Source of the DNA: an uncultured Verrucomicrobiae bacterium
Lineage (GTDB): Bacteria; Verrucomicrobiota; Verrucomicrobiia; Limisphaerales; JAFGQR01
Length of the DNA: 64,000 bases
Reading direction: 5' to 3'
Assembly: GCA_963788655.1 (NCBI GenBank)
Contig: CAWBHS010000076.1
Span: forward strand, 64,001 to 128,000
Part shown: piece by piece, positions 43,354 through 55,436 of the stretch
How the letters are laid out: every line of letters begins with the position of its first letter
How positions within the stretch are numbered: the stretch's first letter is position 1
The notes under the pieces: model-generated
What the model saw: only the letters and a program-made list of their open reading frames with translations
Told to the model about the DNA's origin: nothing
Database searches by the model: none
Position numbers and translations under genes: made by a program

Positions 43354-45507
43354 ATGCAGTCATTTAAACCAGCTCATTTAATCAATCGCGAATTGAGCTG
43401 GCTGGAATTCAACCAGCGGGTGTTGGACGAAGTGTTGAATCCAGCCACCCCGTTGCTTGAACGGGTCAAGTTCTTTTGCATCGTCAGTTCGAACCTCGAT
43501 GAGTTTTTTGAGGTGCGCGTGGCGGGCATCAAACAACAGATCGAGAGCGAGGTGACCGAGCGCAGCGTCGATGGCCTGACGCCGACCCAAACGTTTCAAG
43601 CGATTGTCCAACGAGTGCATCGCATGGTGGACGACCAATATCGATGCTGGCGGGAGAACCTCTGCCCCGCCCTTGCCGTCGAAGGGATCCGCTTCCTGGA
43701 CTTTAGTGATTTGAGCGCCGAAGACCGCGCCTGGCTCGACGAATACTATCACGCCGAGGTCCGGCCGGTGCTAACGCCATTGTCCATCGATCCTGCGCAC
43801 CCGTTCCCACAGCTCCTGAACAAATCCTTGAATCTGATCGTGCAACTGGAGGTGGCTTTCTCCGGCCAGCCCATGCGGCACATGGCCGTGGTGCAGGTGC
43901 CGCGCATCCTCCAGCGACTGGTACCGTTGCCCCGCCACCAAGGCCCGCGGGACTACATCTTCCTGCGCAAGGTCATTGGACATTATCTGGCGGACCTGTT
44001 TCCCGGCACCAAGATTCTCGGCTATTGGCAGTTCCGGATCACCCGCAACAGTGAGCTGTACATCGAAGAAGAGGAACTGGCCAACCTGCTCAAAGCGGTG
44101 GAAAATGAACTCCACAACCGGCGGCGCGGCGACGCGGTCCGGTTGGAAATCGAGCCGGATTGCCCGACCGAAATCCGCCACGCCCTGATGAGCACCTTCC
44201 GGTTGACCATGGACGATGTGTACCTGGTCGATGGCCCGCTGAATCCGGTCCGGCTGATGACCTTGTGCGAAGGGGACCATTCGCCCGAACTGCGCGATCC
44301 GCCCTTCATCGCCCTGGTCAGCACTCAACTGCGCGGACGCTCGAACTTGTTCGCCGCCATTCGGGAGCGGGACTTTTTGTTGCACCACCCGTACGAGAGT
44401 TTCCACACCGTCGTTGAGCTGTTGGAACAGGCGGCCGCCGATCCCCAGGTGTTGGCCATCAAACAAACCCTTTACCGCACCGGCGGCGACACGCGCCTGG
44501 TGGACGCGCTCATGAACGCCGTCAAGAACGGCAAACAAGTAACGGTGGTGGTCGAATTGCGCGCGCGCTTCGATGAAGCCAACAACATCCAATGGGCCCG
44601 CGCGTTGGAAGAAGCCGGCGTCCACGTCGTCTATGGGTTGGTCAGTTACAAAATTCACTGCAAAATCTGTCTCATCGTGCGGCGGGATGAAGACGGCATT
44701 CGCCGCTACGTCCATCTCGGCACCGGCAATTACAATCCCCACACCGCCAAATTATACACCGACCTGGGCTTGCTCACCTGCCGGCCAGACTTTGGGGAAG
44801 ACGCCACCAATCTGTTCAACCTGCTCACCGGCATCTGCCAGTTCCGGGGCCTGCGCAAGTTCCTGACGGCCCCCTTCGACCTGCACGACCGGATGCTGGC
44901 TTTGATCGAGCGCGAAACGCAGAATGCCCGCAACGGTCTGCCGGCCCGAATCATCGCCAAGATGAATTCCCTGGTGGACGAAAAAATTATCCAGGCGCTC
45001 TACGAAGCTTCGCAAGCCGGCGTCAAAATCGACTTGATCGTGCGAGGGATATGTTGCCTGCGCCCCGGAATTCCCGGTGTCAGCGAAACCATTACGGTTC
45101 GCAGTATTTTGGACCGTTTTCTCGAACACAGCCGTATTTTCTACTTTGACAATGCCTGCCAGCCCGAGGTTTTCGTTGGCAGCGCGGACTGGATGCCCCG
45201 CAACTTTTTCCGCCGGGTGGAAGTCGTCTTTCCGATTGAAGATGGCAATCTGCGGGAGCGGTTGGCCAACGAGATTTTGACAGTATCATTGGGCGACAAC
45301 GTGAAGGCCCGTTTCCTGCAAGCCGATGGCACCTACCAAACGCCGCCGTTGCCCAAAGGTGCCCAGCGGCGCCGCAGTCAATGGGAATTCATGGAGCTGG
45401 CCCAACGTTCCGAACTGAACCAACCGTCCAGCGCGAAAGGCCGGCCGCGCTACCCCAAAGTCAAACTGGCTCCGCGGCCTGGAGCGACGAAGCAGAAGCC
45501 AGCGTAG
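43354..45507 (+). CDS. ppk1: Polyphosphate kinase 1
   Basis: NRELSWLEFNQRVL, HPFP, LHHPYESF, KIHCK (phospho-His), HLGTGNYN, SADWMPRN. Confidence 0.97.
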   Translation: MQSFKPAHLINRELSWLEFNQRVLDEVLNPATPLLERVKFFCIVSSNLDEFFEVRVAGIKQQIESEVTERSVDGLTPTQTFQAIVQRVHRMVDDQYRCWRENLCPALAVEGIRFLDFSDLSAEDRAWLDEYYHAEVRPVLTPLSIDPAHPFPQLLNKSLNLIVQLEVAFSGQPMRHMAVVQVPRILQRLVPLPRHQGPRDYIFLRKVIGHYLADLFPGTKILGYWQFRITRNSELYIEEEELANLLKAVENELHNRRRGDAVRLEIEPDCPTEIRHALMSTFRLTMDDVYLVDGPLNPVRLMTLCEGDHSPELRDPPFIALVSTQLRGRSNLFAAIRERDFLLHHPYESFHTVVELLEQAAADPQVLAIKQTLYRTGGDTRLVDALMNAVKNGKQVTVVVELRARFDEANNIQWARALEEAGVHVVYGLVSYKIHCKICLIVRRDEDGIRRYVHLGTGNYNPHTAKLYTDLGLLTCRPDFGEDATNLFNLLTGICQFRGLRKFLTAPFDLHDRMLALIERETQNARNGLPARIIAKMNSLVDEKIIQALYEASQAGVKIDLIVRGICCLRPGIPGVSETITVRSILDRFLEHSRIFYFDNACQPEVFVGSADWMPRNFFRRVEVVFPIEDGNLRERLANEILTVSLGDNVKARFLQADGTYQTPPLPKGAQRRRSQWEFMELAQRSELNQPSSAKGRPRYPKVKLAPRPGATKQKPA

Positions 45508-45611
45508 AGAGCGCTAGGTTCCCGGTCAGCGTGGCGCGCGAGCCTCCGCATGTCGGCTCCTGCGGCGCTCCCAAGGAGGGACGAGAAAAGCCATTATCGT
45601 GGAAGGGTTAT

Positions 45612-47006
45612 TCACTGGGATTGCGCAGATTGGAGCGCCGGGTCGTCAAGGTCGAGACGATAGAGGATCTGGTTGTAATCGTAGCGAGGGGTGGGCGGCG
45701 GATGATTGGCGAACTGCATCGTGTAGGTGCCTTCGAAGAGAAGAATGGGGGAATCGGCCGGAGTGAACTCAGGGTGCAGACGGGGATTGTAGAACGTATA
45801 GTTCTCGTGGCTCAACACTTTGACCGCGGTCCCCCAAGGACCCATCGGGGCGTCGGCTTCGGCATACCACAATTCGCCGAAGGCCGAGGGTTTGCCGAAG
45901 GCTTCCATGAACACCGTCACCCAACGCCGCCGCCACGGATTCCAGGCAATCGAGCCGGTGTGCGGTTTGACGGCTCGGCCACCGTTGGCCGCTGCGAAAG
46001 TGGTCTGCGGTTTCAGCACTTCCCATGTACTGGAATCCTGCCACGCCTCGAAGGTGGCCGGGCAACGTAACTTGGGCAGCGGATTGCCGAAGCACACCCA
46101 ATCCTTGCCGCCAGCATCCTTCCAAAACGCTGGATGACCTTCGGGGAAGGGCGGCGGCTTCGGCGCCTGACTGGACTTGGTCCACACGGTTCGGAGCTTG
46201 TCGAATCGTTCGGTCTGATCATTCCAGACGCACAAGCTCCATTCGTAGGCCTCGAGGGGTGGTTTAATCTTCGAATACGACGCAACCAAATGCGGAACAC
46301 CATTTTTGTCGGGCAAGGTCACATAGCCGGTGAGCCAGGTCGGACCGTTGCCCGGCATTTTGGCCACGCCTCGCGGCCGTCCTTGTTCATCGCGAAAATA
46401 GTTAAACGGCAATTGCAGCGGCGGTTCGAATGAGGTCAACGGACGCACTGGTGTGGTGGCGCTGGTGCTGTCAAAGATGCCCAAGGGATACCGGGCCAGC
46501 GTGGTGTCGCCCCACAACCAAAACATTTTTCCCTGATACACCGCGTTTTGCACGCTGTCGCAGCCGAGCACCCCGGATTCCTGCCAATCCAGTTGCTCGC
46601 CCAGTTGCTGGCTTTCCGCGAACAAACCGGCGCCGGTGATCCGCCCGAGGCGCTTGGCGATGATGGTGCGTTTCACTTCCACTTTCAAGGTCTTGCCCGG
46701 CTCGGGCGTCAATCGCACGCCCCGATAGCCAAAACCGTCTTTGGGCCGTTCGTAGCCATGGCCGATGACATCGAACCAGGTTTCGCGCCCCATCAGCTCG
46801 GGCAGGTCAAAAGCAATGATCCCCGCGTTGTCCGTGACCAACCGCACTTGGTGCGTGGTACGCAATTCAACGAGCGGCACCGGCCACCCACTGCCCTGCT
46901 CGACGACTTGGATGCGACAGGGTTCGCTGGCACGCGCCAATTCCGAGGCCATGCAGAAAGCCAAAAGGCAAGTAATGATGAGCCGCACGGGCGGGAAGCA
47001 CCGCAT
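45612..47006 (-). CDS. Secreted hypothetical protein (beta-rich, possibly carbohydrate-active)
   Basis: Signal peptide from ATG 47006; LFWLWGDT, YTFYNP, FEGTYT, TPRYDYNQ motifs; function not assignable. Confidence 0.7.
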   Translation of the reverse strand: MRCFPPVRLIITCLLAFCMASELARASEPCRIQVVEQGSGWPVPLVELRTTHQVRLVTDNAGIIAFDLPELMGRETWFDVIGHGYERPKDGFGYRGVRLTPEPGKTLKVEVKRTIIAKRLGRITGAGLFAESQQLGEQLDWQESGVLGCDSVQNAVYQGKMFWLWGDTTLARYPLGIFDSTSATTPVRPLTSFEPPLQLPFNYFRDEQGRPRGVAKMPGNGPTWLTGYVTLPDKNGVPHLVASYSKIKPPLEAYEWSLCVWNDQTERFDKLRTVWTKSSQAPKPPPFPEGHPAFWKDAGGKDWVCFGNPLPKLRCPATFEAWQDSSTWEVLKPQTTFAAANGGRAVKPHTGSIAWNPWRRRWVTVFMEAFGKPSAFGELWYAEADAPMGPWGTAVKVLSHENYTFYNPRLHPEFTPADSPILLFEGTYTMQFANHPPPTPRYDYNQILYRLDLDDPALQSAQSQ

Positions 47007-47151
47007 GGCGAACGGAAGCGGAATTGAATGACGACTGGGAGCGGAACGAGTCCAAGCGACTCGCTGAACAAAAGGAAGTCTCTTTTGTGTTGCGTCTGTC
47101 AAAACGGCTTTGGCCGACAGGATGGGGGAATCAGAATTCAGTTTGTTGGTT

Positions 47152-47262
47152 TTCAGCGTCCCATAAGGTGGTGAAGTGACAACCAAGTGAAAACTCTCGT
47201 TCGCAATAAATGGGAGGTCGCGGGCGTCGCCGCAGATCAAGCGATGTTCGGTCTGAACATCC
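47152..47262 (-). pseudogene. N-terminal remnant of a beta-class (N4-C/N6-A) DNA methyltransferase
   Basis: HRLICGDARDLPFIANESFHLVVTSPPY contains motif IV (SPPY); the rest of the enzyme is absent. Confidence 0.7.
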
Positions 47263-47538
47263 ACGCTCTCATTCGTCACGATCAGCGGGTCGCTAGATCT
47301 TTCATTTGCCTCAGGAATCACAACGAACGAGAGCATTGCAGGATGACCAGAAGCACCGCAAGTTGATTCCACGGGTCACGGGTGAAGCAGTCCGGCAAGC
47401 AGAATTGCAGCAATATGGCGAAGCGCAGCCGTCTTTGGCGGCGACCGGTCAGCGATGCAATACGAGAACGGTATTGCAGAGGTCGCTGTCTGCCGACTTT
47501 CCGTTGGCTATAAGCTGAAGCAGGCGTAAAACAATGGC

Positions 47539-48960
47539 GTGGCAATCAATCCGTGCCAATCGGATGTTCCGCCGGACAGAAGACGTCGGCGATGGATTCT
47601 CGGCATCGTTCTGGGGATGCTGTCCGTTGGACTTGTGGTCGCGGTGATGGTCATCAAGGTGCAGCAAGCAAACAGTCGCGTTCGAGCACGCCTCGAGCAG
47701 AAGCTGGCCGCCCTTAAAGCCTCGGGAATGCCTACCACCGCCGCCGACTTGGCCCAGCGCTTTCCGGATCCTTCGGACGCCGAGGATGCGGCCCTGTTGT
47801 TGCAGGATGCCTTGTCACTGTTGGTGGCGCCCACTAACGGCCACATCCCGTTCCTTTCCGGCGAGCTGCCGCGGGGGACGAACCGCATGAACGCCGAGAT
47901 GACCAAGGCGCTGGCCCAATTGGCGCAAGACAATCAAGACGCCTTGAAGGCGCTGCCCAACGAGTGGCCGGCCAATGCTCGATTTGCCGCGGGTTTCGCC
48001 AATGGGTTCCCCCTAAACCAGTCGATGAACCTTGTCCAACTCCGCCGATTGGAGCAGACCCTGGCCGCCATTGCGGTGTATCAGGCGGAACAAGGCGACG
48101 CCACCGAAGCCACCCACAACCTCGCCCAATGCCTGCGGGTCAGCCTTACGGTGAAGCCCTATTCGCTGTTGAATTACATGGTACAACGCGCTTGCCAGAG
48201 TCTATCGTCAACGCGCTGGAACGGTGTCTTAATCAAACCGACTTTGCTGATCCGGACTTGCACACTCCTGAACCAGCCGCTCGCCGCCGCCATCACCAAC
48301 GAGATCGGAACCGTGATGATCGCCGAGCTCTGCCAGAGCATATGGGGTTTCGAGCTCGGACGCAACTCACCAATGAGTTCGCACTTTGGGGCTCCCGGCC
48401 AATCCACTCCACTGGCGGTTTTGCGCGAGGTGTTAGGACTGGATCCGCCGATCTATTCCGATGCGGGTTACCTGCAATATCTGGAATGGATGGAGATGTG
48501 TCTGGCCTCCGCGGGTGCGCCATACCGCACCCAGATAAACAAGTGCAATCCCTGGAGCAGAGACGCTCTCGCCGTCGCCTATGTCTGCTGGCGCAATCCG
48601 TAATGCCGTAATCTGGAGCGAGCGATGAAGCATGACGCGGAAATCATTTCGCGCCTCCAAACTGCACGCACCGCCCTGGCCATTGAACGCTACCGATTGG
48701 CGCACGGTGGCAGATTACCGGATTCACTTGAGTAGTTGGTTCCCGAGTTCCTTCCCGACTTGCCGATGGACGCCTACGGTGACCAACCGCTGCGCTATCG
48801 CCAACTCGGGCAAGGTTATATCGTTTACAGCCTTGGCTTGGATGGTGTGGACAATGGTGGAAAGGAGAAGCCCGCAAAACCTGGCGAAACCGAGCAATAC
48901 GATCTGACGTTCACCGTCGAACGTCCAACCACCACCACCAATGCCGGAGGATTGAAGTAA
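47539..48960 (+). pseudogene. Membrane-anchored protein with GspG-like C-terminal motif, disrupted
   Basis: N-terminal TM; C-terminal TALAIERYRLAHGGRLPDSLE*LVPEFLPDLPMD..YSLGLDGVDNGG with an in-frame TAG at 48733-48735 plus frameshifts. Confidence 0.6.
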
Positions 48961-49063
48961 TGGCGCGCCCGAGCCGGTCAAACCGCAAAAGCTTGGCGCC
49001 CATTGGGAAATTGCTGGGAAATTGAGGCGTTGACTTTCGGGCCCACTGCTTAAATTTTGTCCT

Positions 49064-49309
49064 ATGCCGCTTTATGAGTATGAGCGTTGTGAAGGGGAGT
49101 GCAAAATCTGCGGCGGCAATTTTACGCTCCGCCGGCCGATCAGCGCCCCCGAATTGACAAAATGCCCGCTGTGCAAGGCGCCGGTCCGCAAAGTCATTAC
49201 GGGATTCAGCACTCCCAAGATCCTGAAACCGGTTTCCATTTCGGACGCCAAGAAGGCCGGGTTCACCGTGTTAAAGCGGGTCAGCAAAGGCGAATACGAG
49301 CGCCAGTAA
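49064..49309 (+). CDS. FmdB-family zinc-ribbon protein
   Basis: MPLYEYE.C..CKIC...CPLC. Confidence 0.88.
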   Translation: MPLYEYERCEGECKICGGNFTLRRPISAPELTKCPLCKAPVRKVITGFSTPKILKPVSISDAKKAGFTVLKRVSKGEYERQ

Positions 49310-49658
49310 GCCGGCTGGCGCGGACGTTCGGCAGGCGCCCAAACCTCGCGAAACGTCTGGAGTGCGCCCGGCTTGCCGGCGCGTTCGCCGACCGGGTGGG
49401 GACAAGCCAGGTGGACGCGGCGGTTGACCTCGGAGAGCGCTCTCCCTTCGATGGCGGCGGAGGACCGCACGCACTCCACGACCTGGCGGAGGTTCGAAAA
49501 ATCCCAGTCGGTCGCGTTAGACGCCCTGCTTGCCCGCAAAACTTTTTGCTGCTGAGCCGTGACATTTTTCAGATTTTCGGCCCTGAGGTACTTGGCAGGC
49601 GTGGCGCGACCAGCGACTATGGGAGCAACCGTTGCGGCCGCCAGCACAGGCAACGTGT

Positions 49659-52600
49659 ATGAAGAACGATCATCAGGACCGCCAACCGAAGCAGCCCGCC
49701 GGAGCGGGAGACACGGTTCCGATCAAAACTCCGTGGGAGAGCGTTTCGGAACTGGCCGGGCTTTTGGACCAATACCTGGCAGACTTGCAGGCCGGAATAC
49801 GACCCGACCGCGCCCGTCAGGTCGCCGACCATCCCGAGTTGGCGCCGCATTTGGAAGAGGCGCTGACGGGAATCGAGTTCATTCATGGCGCCGAACCGAC
49901 ACCCGGCCAACCGCCGGCGCAACTGGGGGATTTCCGCATCGTTCGTGAAGTCGGCCGGGGCGGGATGGGCGTCGTGTACGAAGCGGAGCAGATTTCCCTC
50001 AAACGTCGCGTTGCGCTCAAAGTGTTGCGACTGGGCGCGGTCGCTGACGAGGTGGCGATGCAACGCTTTCAGCGTGAGGCGGAGACCATTGCCCAATTGC
50101 ACCACACGAACATCGTTCCGATTTTCGCGGTCGGCTGCGAAGCGGGCGTGCGCTACTACGCGATGCAGTTCATCGAAGGCCGCGACCTGGCCGCCATAGT
50201 GCAAGCAGCCCAGGCCAGCCAGGAGGCACTTGAACCTGTAGCCGTCGCGCGCTGGGCATTGCAAGCCGCCGAGGCCTTGAGCCACGCCCACGCCCGCGGA
50301 GTGATTCACCGCGACATCAAACCGTCCAATCTGATCCTCGATGCCGACGGACGCATCTGGCTCACCGATTTCGGTCTGGCGCGGCGGACGGAAGATGTCG
50401 CCCTCAGTTTGACGGGCGCGCTGTTGGGGACGCCGCGTTACATGAGTCCGGAGCAGGCCAATGCCGCCAATCGCCCGATCGATCACCGGACGGATCTTTA
50501 TAGTCTGGGCGCCACGTTGTACGAACTGGCCACCCGCCGTCCGATCTTCGATGCCGCTACTTCGCACGAGCTGATTCGATTGATTCTGCAAGAAGAGCCG
50601 GTGGCCCCGCGGCGCTTGGTGCCCAACGTGCCGCGCGATCTGGAAACCATCATCCTCAAGTGCGTGGCCAAGGAACCGGCGCAGCGTTACGCGTCGGCCC
50701 AGGCGTTGGCGGATGACTTGCGGGCGTTCCTCGAAGGCCGGGCCATCAATGCCCGGCGGCCGAGTCTGCCGGAACAGGCCGTGCGTTGGGCGCGGAAGCA
50801 CCGACGCAGTAGCACGGTGGCGGCGGTGTCCGCGGCGGCGTCCGTGGCGGTTTTGGCGGCGGGTATCCTGGGGTGGAAACTCTATCGGCAAACCCAGCTC
50901 GGTGAACTCAAGTTGGTCACTGGCGAAGCACTGCTCCAGGCGGAAGTGCTCGAACCCAACCAGAACGCCGGCGTTCTGCCGGTCTTCTCGCTGCCGACCA
51001 AACAGCCGGTGGCCTTGCCCGGTGGCGCCTACCGGGTGCGGTTGTCCGGCGAAGGCCGGTTGAGCGAGACGCTGCAAGTCCAGGTCGATCGTGGCGCGCA
51101 GCAGCAATTCGACGTGGCACTTGCCCAAACGGGAGTTGTTCGAGCCGTTTTCCATTGCCACGCGCGATACCGTCGAGGTGGTGGACTTCGCCGACGGGGC
51201 GGATTTTGTCAGCGCCCGCTTGTGGGAGATGCGGCGCATCGACGGTGCCACCGGAAAGGAGTTGTGGCGCGTCGGGTTGAAGCCGGAAGACAATCGCCAG
51301 TGGTGGCAGAGCGAAGCCCAACGCCAAGGCTGGTTGCAATTCTTTAACCGGCACAAGCGAGGACCCAAACTCGCTCGGCCCCTTCCAGATTTGAACGGCG
51401 ACGGGGTCGGGGATCTGGTCTGGGCCAGCGAAGCTAATCCGACGCTGCTCGCGGTTTCCGGCCAGACCGGCGACGTCTTGTGGTGGCACATTGGACAATG
51501 GCCGGCGGAAGCAACAAACCTGCCTCCCGATCAGATTTTCCAGCCGGGGCCTTTCAGAGAAGCTTGCGCTCCGGCGGTCGCGGACATGGACGACGACGGG
51601 ACGCCGGATGTGATTGCGATGTTTGCGAATCGCGGCTGGTATTGGGTGGAAGCCGTGTCGGGCAAGACCGGTTCCAATGTGTGGCAACGCACCCTGAACA
51701 GCCGGTGGTTCCAGGCGCCGCAATGGACCAGCCAGGTGAGCGCGTTTGCGCCGCAACTCGCCATGGTCAACGGAGAACCAGTCTTGGTGGTGGTGGCCAG
51801 CTTGCGGTTGCTGGTGTTGTCGCTCCGAACCGGGGAATCCCTATGGGAAACCGAGTTGCCCCACGTGACGCTGCAAACTCCGCGAATTGCTGATCTCGAT
51901 GGTGACGGACAAGATGACGTGCTGCTCCTGGCCGAACTGGGCCAGCGCCGGACCTTGCTGGCGGCCTTTTCCCTGGCTGCCCGCCGGCAACTGTGGCAAC
52001 AACTGCTCACCGCCCCGTTCGAGCCGACTACCGAAGAACCGGAACAGCTTGATTGGCCGGTGGTGGCCGACTTGGATCATGACGGCAACCCCGAAATCCT
52101 GGTGCCGGCTTTATACGCCAGCCACCCATTGGTGGAATCACACCCGCCCACGCCCTGGGCCGGTCTGGACGTGTTGAATGGGCAGGACGGCTCGCGGCGT
52201 TTTCGGCGGGTGCTCGAACGTTCCACCCGATTGCTGGCGCCGGTCAACCGCTTCATCGTCGGACCGGACCTCGATGGCGATGGCGTCGATGAAATCCTGG
52301 CGGCCTCGACGGTCACGGAGTCCTGGCGCCACCACCAGACCTGGCTGTACGTGGACGCGGTTTCGGGGCGCGACGGCCACTCGGTGTGGTGGTGGCGGAC
52401 ACCGTTGAAAATGTGGAACGACCGGCCAGGACAATTGGCGCTGTGGACCGAAGGCCCGGACGGTTTTCCCCTGGTCGTGGTTTCCGCGATAAGCTGGCCC
52501 AAGAAGGCCGAAGGAATCTATGTGTTGGCGGGCGGCACGGGCCGCTTGCGGAACCAAGTGGCCGGCAGTTTCGCGCCGCTCATCGCCGATGGCGACGGCG

Positions 52601-54773
52601 ATGGTCTGCCGGACTTGGGCTATTGCGTGCCCGAGCAATCCGACATCCGGTTCGGGCGCGCCGGCAAGTCCTGCTGCGCGGCGCCCCACCGATGGCCTGG
52701 GCCCGGCTGAGTGCTTCCTTCGGCAATCAAACCGCCGTTCCCGATCTCGATGGCGACGGGGTTCAAGAGGTGCTGTTCGGCCATCCCGTCCAGGCGTTTT
52801 CCGGCGCCACCGGCCGACCGCTTTGGCGTTCCTCAAATCAGGCCGGGCATTTCATACCATTGCAATTGCCCGAGGGCGATCTCGATGGCGATGGCGTTCT
52901 CGACGCCCTGACCGTTCAGCGTGGCGTCAGCAGTGACATGTTTTCCTTCGAACCCGTCGCCGCAGTCTCCGGCAAGACAGGGCGCGTGCTGTTGGACGGC
53001 CGTCGTTGAAAACGCAACGCGTCGGTGAACTGCACCTGGCCACGTGCGTCAATCTCGATCACCAGGGGCCCGCGGAAATCGTGCTCAGCCTGGGCATTGG
53101 GCTTGACCGTCCGCCAGCCGAATCAGATTCCAGGCCGCCGCAATCCAATCGGCTTTGGCTGGTGGTGCTGTCGGGGCGGGATGGTTCGGTGAACTGGAAG
53201 CAACCGTTGAGCGAACCGTTCCTCGCGGGCGACAACGACGGGCGCGTTACTCCGGCGATTGCCGATCTGGACGGCGACGGCGTGGACGACATCATGGCGG
53301 GCGCGCTCACCGCCACAAATTCGTGGGACGCGTGCGCTTTCAGCGGCGTCAATGGCCAAGTCTTATGGCGGCAACCGTTGTCCCGTGAGCGGAATGTTCC
53401 TGTCGATCGCCTCCTGCGTCTCCGGCCCGAACCGTTGGTGGGCGACTTGGACGGCGATGGCCTTTCGGAAATTGTCGTTGTGGATCACGCGCCGTTGGAA
53501 CAAGCCGGACCCAATGGGGAGCTGATGGATTGCACGATGCTGGTGCTCGACGGACGTACGGGGCAGCCGAAATGGAAGTGGACGTGGTCAGAGCGTTCCG
53601 ACGACCGCCGCGTCTTGCCCCTGTTGATCAACTTTCGCGGCGGGCACGAACGCGACGTGTGCCTGCTGACTGGACAATTCGACCGGTCGGAAATCGTTTT
53701 GCTGGACGCGCGCGGGCAAGTCGTCGAACGCCTGCGGGTGAACCTCAGGCAATGGCCCGGCCGCCTGTGGCAAGGCGACCTGCTGGGGGACGGACGAGAG
53801 GAACTGTTGTATTTGACGAATGACGGGCAGTTGCAGGCAGTCCGGGGCGGTTTGCGGCAGGTGTTGTGGCGCCAGCCAGCGGACCAGGTGCATGGCATCT
53901 ATTCCTTGGGTGGCGAAGCCGCGACGGTCGTGGTGCAACGAGGGCGAGACATGGTCGGCTTATCCGGTGCCACGAACAGCGCGCTCTGGCGTAGCGAGTT
54001 CGCCAGCTCGCAATCGGGCGCGCCGGTTCTCCTGGCCAGCGCACAGCGAGATGAGTTGCCGCTCGTGGTTGCCGCCGATCCCAGCGGTGTCGTTTGCCGT
54101 CAAGTGCTGCCGACCTTGGCCTCCGGCGAATACCGGCCACCGGCGGGCGGGCGACCGGTGCCGTTGCCTGTTGCGCGCGATCCTCGATTGGTACGGGCAT
54201 TACCGTGGGACTTGCTCGGGGAAACAGGAACGATTCCCGGGCAACGGTTGCGGACTTTTGGCCGGGGCGCGTTGTTGGAGGGCGGTGTCCTGGCCGTGAT
54301 TCTGGCGCTGCCAACGATGCTGGTCTGGTGGATTTGGCGAAAATGGTCGTGGAAGGCAGGAACCGCCGCAACAATTTTGGCGGGCGACACTGACGGGCCT
54401 GTTCCTGCTTTCGATAACGGCCAGTTGGCAGCAGTTGGCGTTGAATGTGACGCTACGTCCGCTACTGGGGCTGCCGCTGCTGCTGTTTCTCGGCGCTGGT
54501 TGGGTCGCGGTGGGAAATCGCAACTGGCGGCAATTGGCGTTATTGCTGGCGGTCGCGGGGGCCTTGACCCTGTTGCTGGCCGTTGTCTGGTTGCTGCTCG
54601 ATTGGAGGAGCAAGCCGCCGGGTGAATACTACGCGGCAGGTGGTTGGTACTTCGCGCTGCTGTTCGGGAGTTACTTCGTCGGCCTGGCACTGGCGGTTGC
54701 CTGGATCGGGCGCAACCTCGGGCGACGCTTTCGCCGGATTGGCCGATCCGCCGCGGCACTCGCTTCCACTTGA
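49659..54773 (+). CDS. Giant Ser/Thr kinase with extracellular FG-GAP/PQQ-like beta-propeller repeats and C-terminal TM bundle (about 4 frameshifts)
   Basis: [35 protein letters not shown] at ~50810-50880; about a dozen DxDGDG-type motifs across ORFs 51091, 52386 and 53006; hydrophobic helices 54270-54720. Confidence 0.8.
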
Positions 54774-54787
54774 GTCAGCGGAATCCG

Positions 54788-55414
54788 ATGGAAGCCGCAA
54801 AACCCAGCCTAAGCCAATTGTTGAACGCCTACCGTCAGGGGCGGACGGAGGCGGGGAATCGTCTGCTCGAACACTTCGAGCCGTGGCTGCGACTGCTGGC
54901 GCGCGTGCAGGTCGAAAGCCGGTTCCGCGCGAAATTTGATCCGTCCGATATTGTGCAGCAAACGATGCTGGAAGCGGTGCGGGCCTTCCCGCAGTTCCGC
55001 GGGAACACTGAGGCCGAATTGGCCGCGTGGCTGCGCCGGATATTAGCGCACGTGCTGGCGCATGAAATCCGCCGTTACCACGGCACGGCCAAGCGCGATC
55101 TGGACCGCGAGGTGCCGCTGGACCAGCAATTGACCCAAACGTCGCAACGGTTCGGTGATATGCTGGCCGGCACCGGCACTTCGCCCAGCCAGGCGCTCGA
55201 CCGGCACGAACAGCAGACCTTGCTGGCCGCCGTCCTCGACCGGTTGCCCGAGGACTATCGGGAAGTCATCATTTTGCGTCACCTCGAGGGCTTGTCCCAT
55301 GAAGAAGTGGCTCAGCGTATGGGCCGCAATCCCGGGGCCGTGCGCATGCTCTGGGTGCGGGCCCTGGCCCGTCTGCGGCAGGAATTGGCGACGCGGGGCC
55401 AGGGGCCAGGGTAG
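54788..55414 (+). CDS. ECF sigma factor, TIGR02984-like (Planctomycete-type)
   Basis: KFDPSDIVQQTMLEA..F.QFRG..E.EL.AWLR.IL, TAKRDLDREV, LPEDYREVIILRHLEGL, LWVRAL. Confidence 0.9.
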   Translation: MEAAKPSLSQLLNAYRQGRTEAGNRLLEHFEPWLRLLARVQVESRFRAKFDPSDIVQQTMLEAVRAFPQFRGNTEAELAAWLRRILAHVLAHEIRRYHGTAKRDLDREVPLDQQLTQTSQRFGDMLAGTGTSPSQALDRHEQQTLLAAVLDRLPEDYREVIILRHLEGLSHEEVAQRMGRNPGAVRMLWVRALARLRQELATRGQGPG

Positions 55415-55436
55415 TGCGGGAACACGCGCTAACAAG

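Noticed and set aside
48733..48735. In-frame TAG as pyrrolysine/readthrough
   Set aside because: The same gene also has frameshifts and no pyl genes are seen; CAG-to-TAG decay is simpler.
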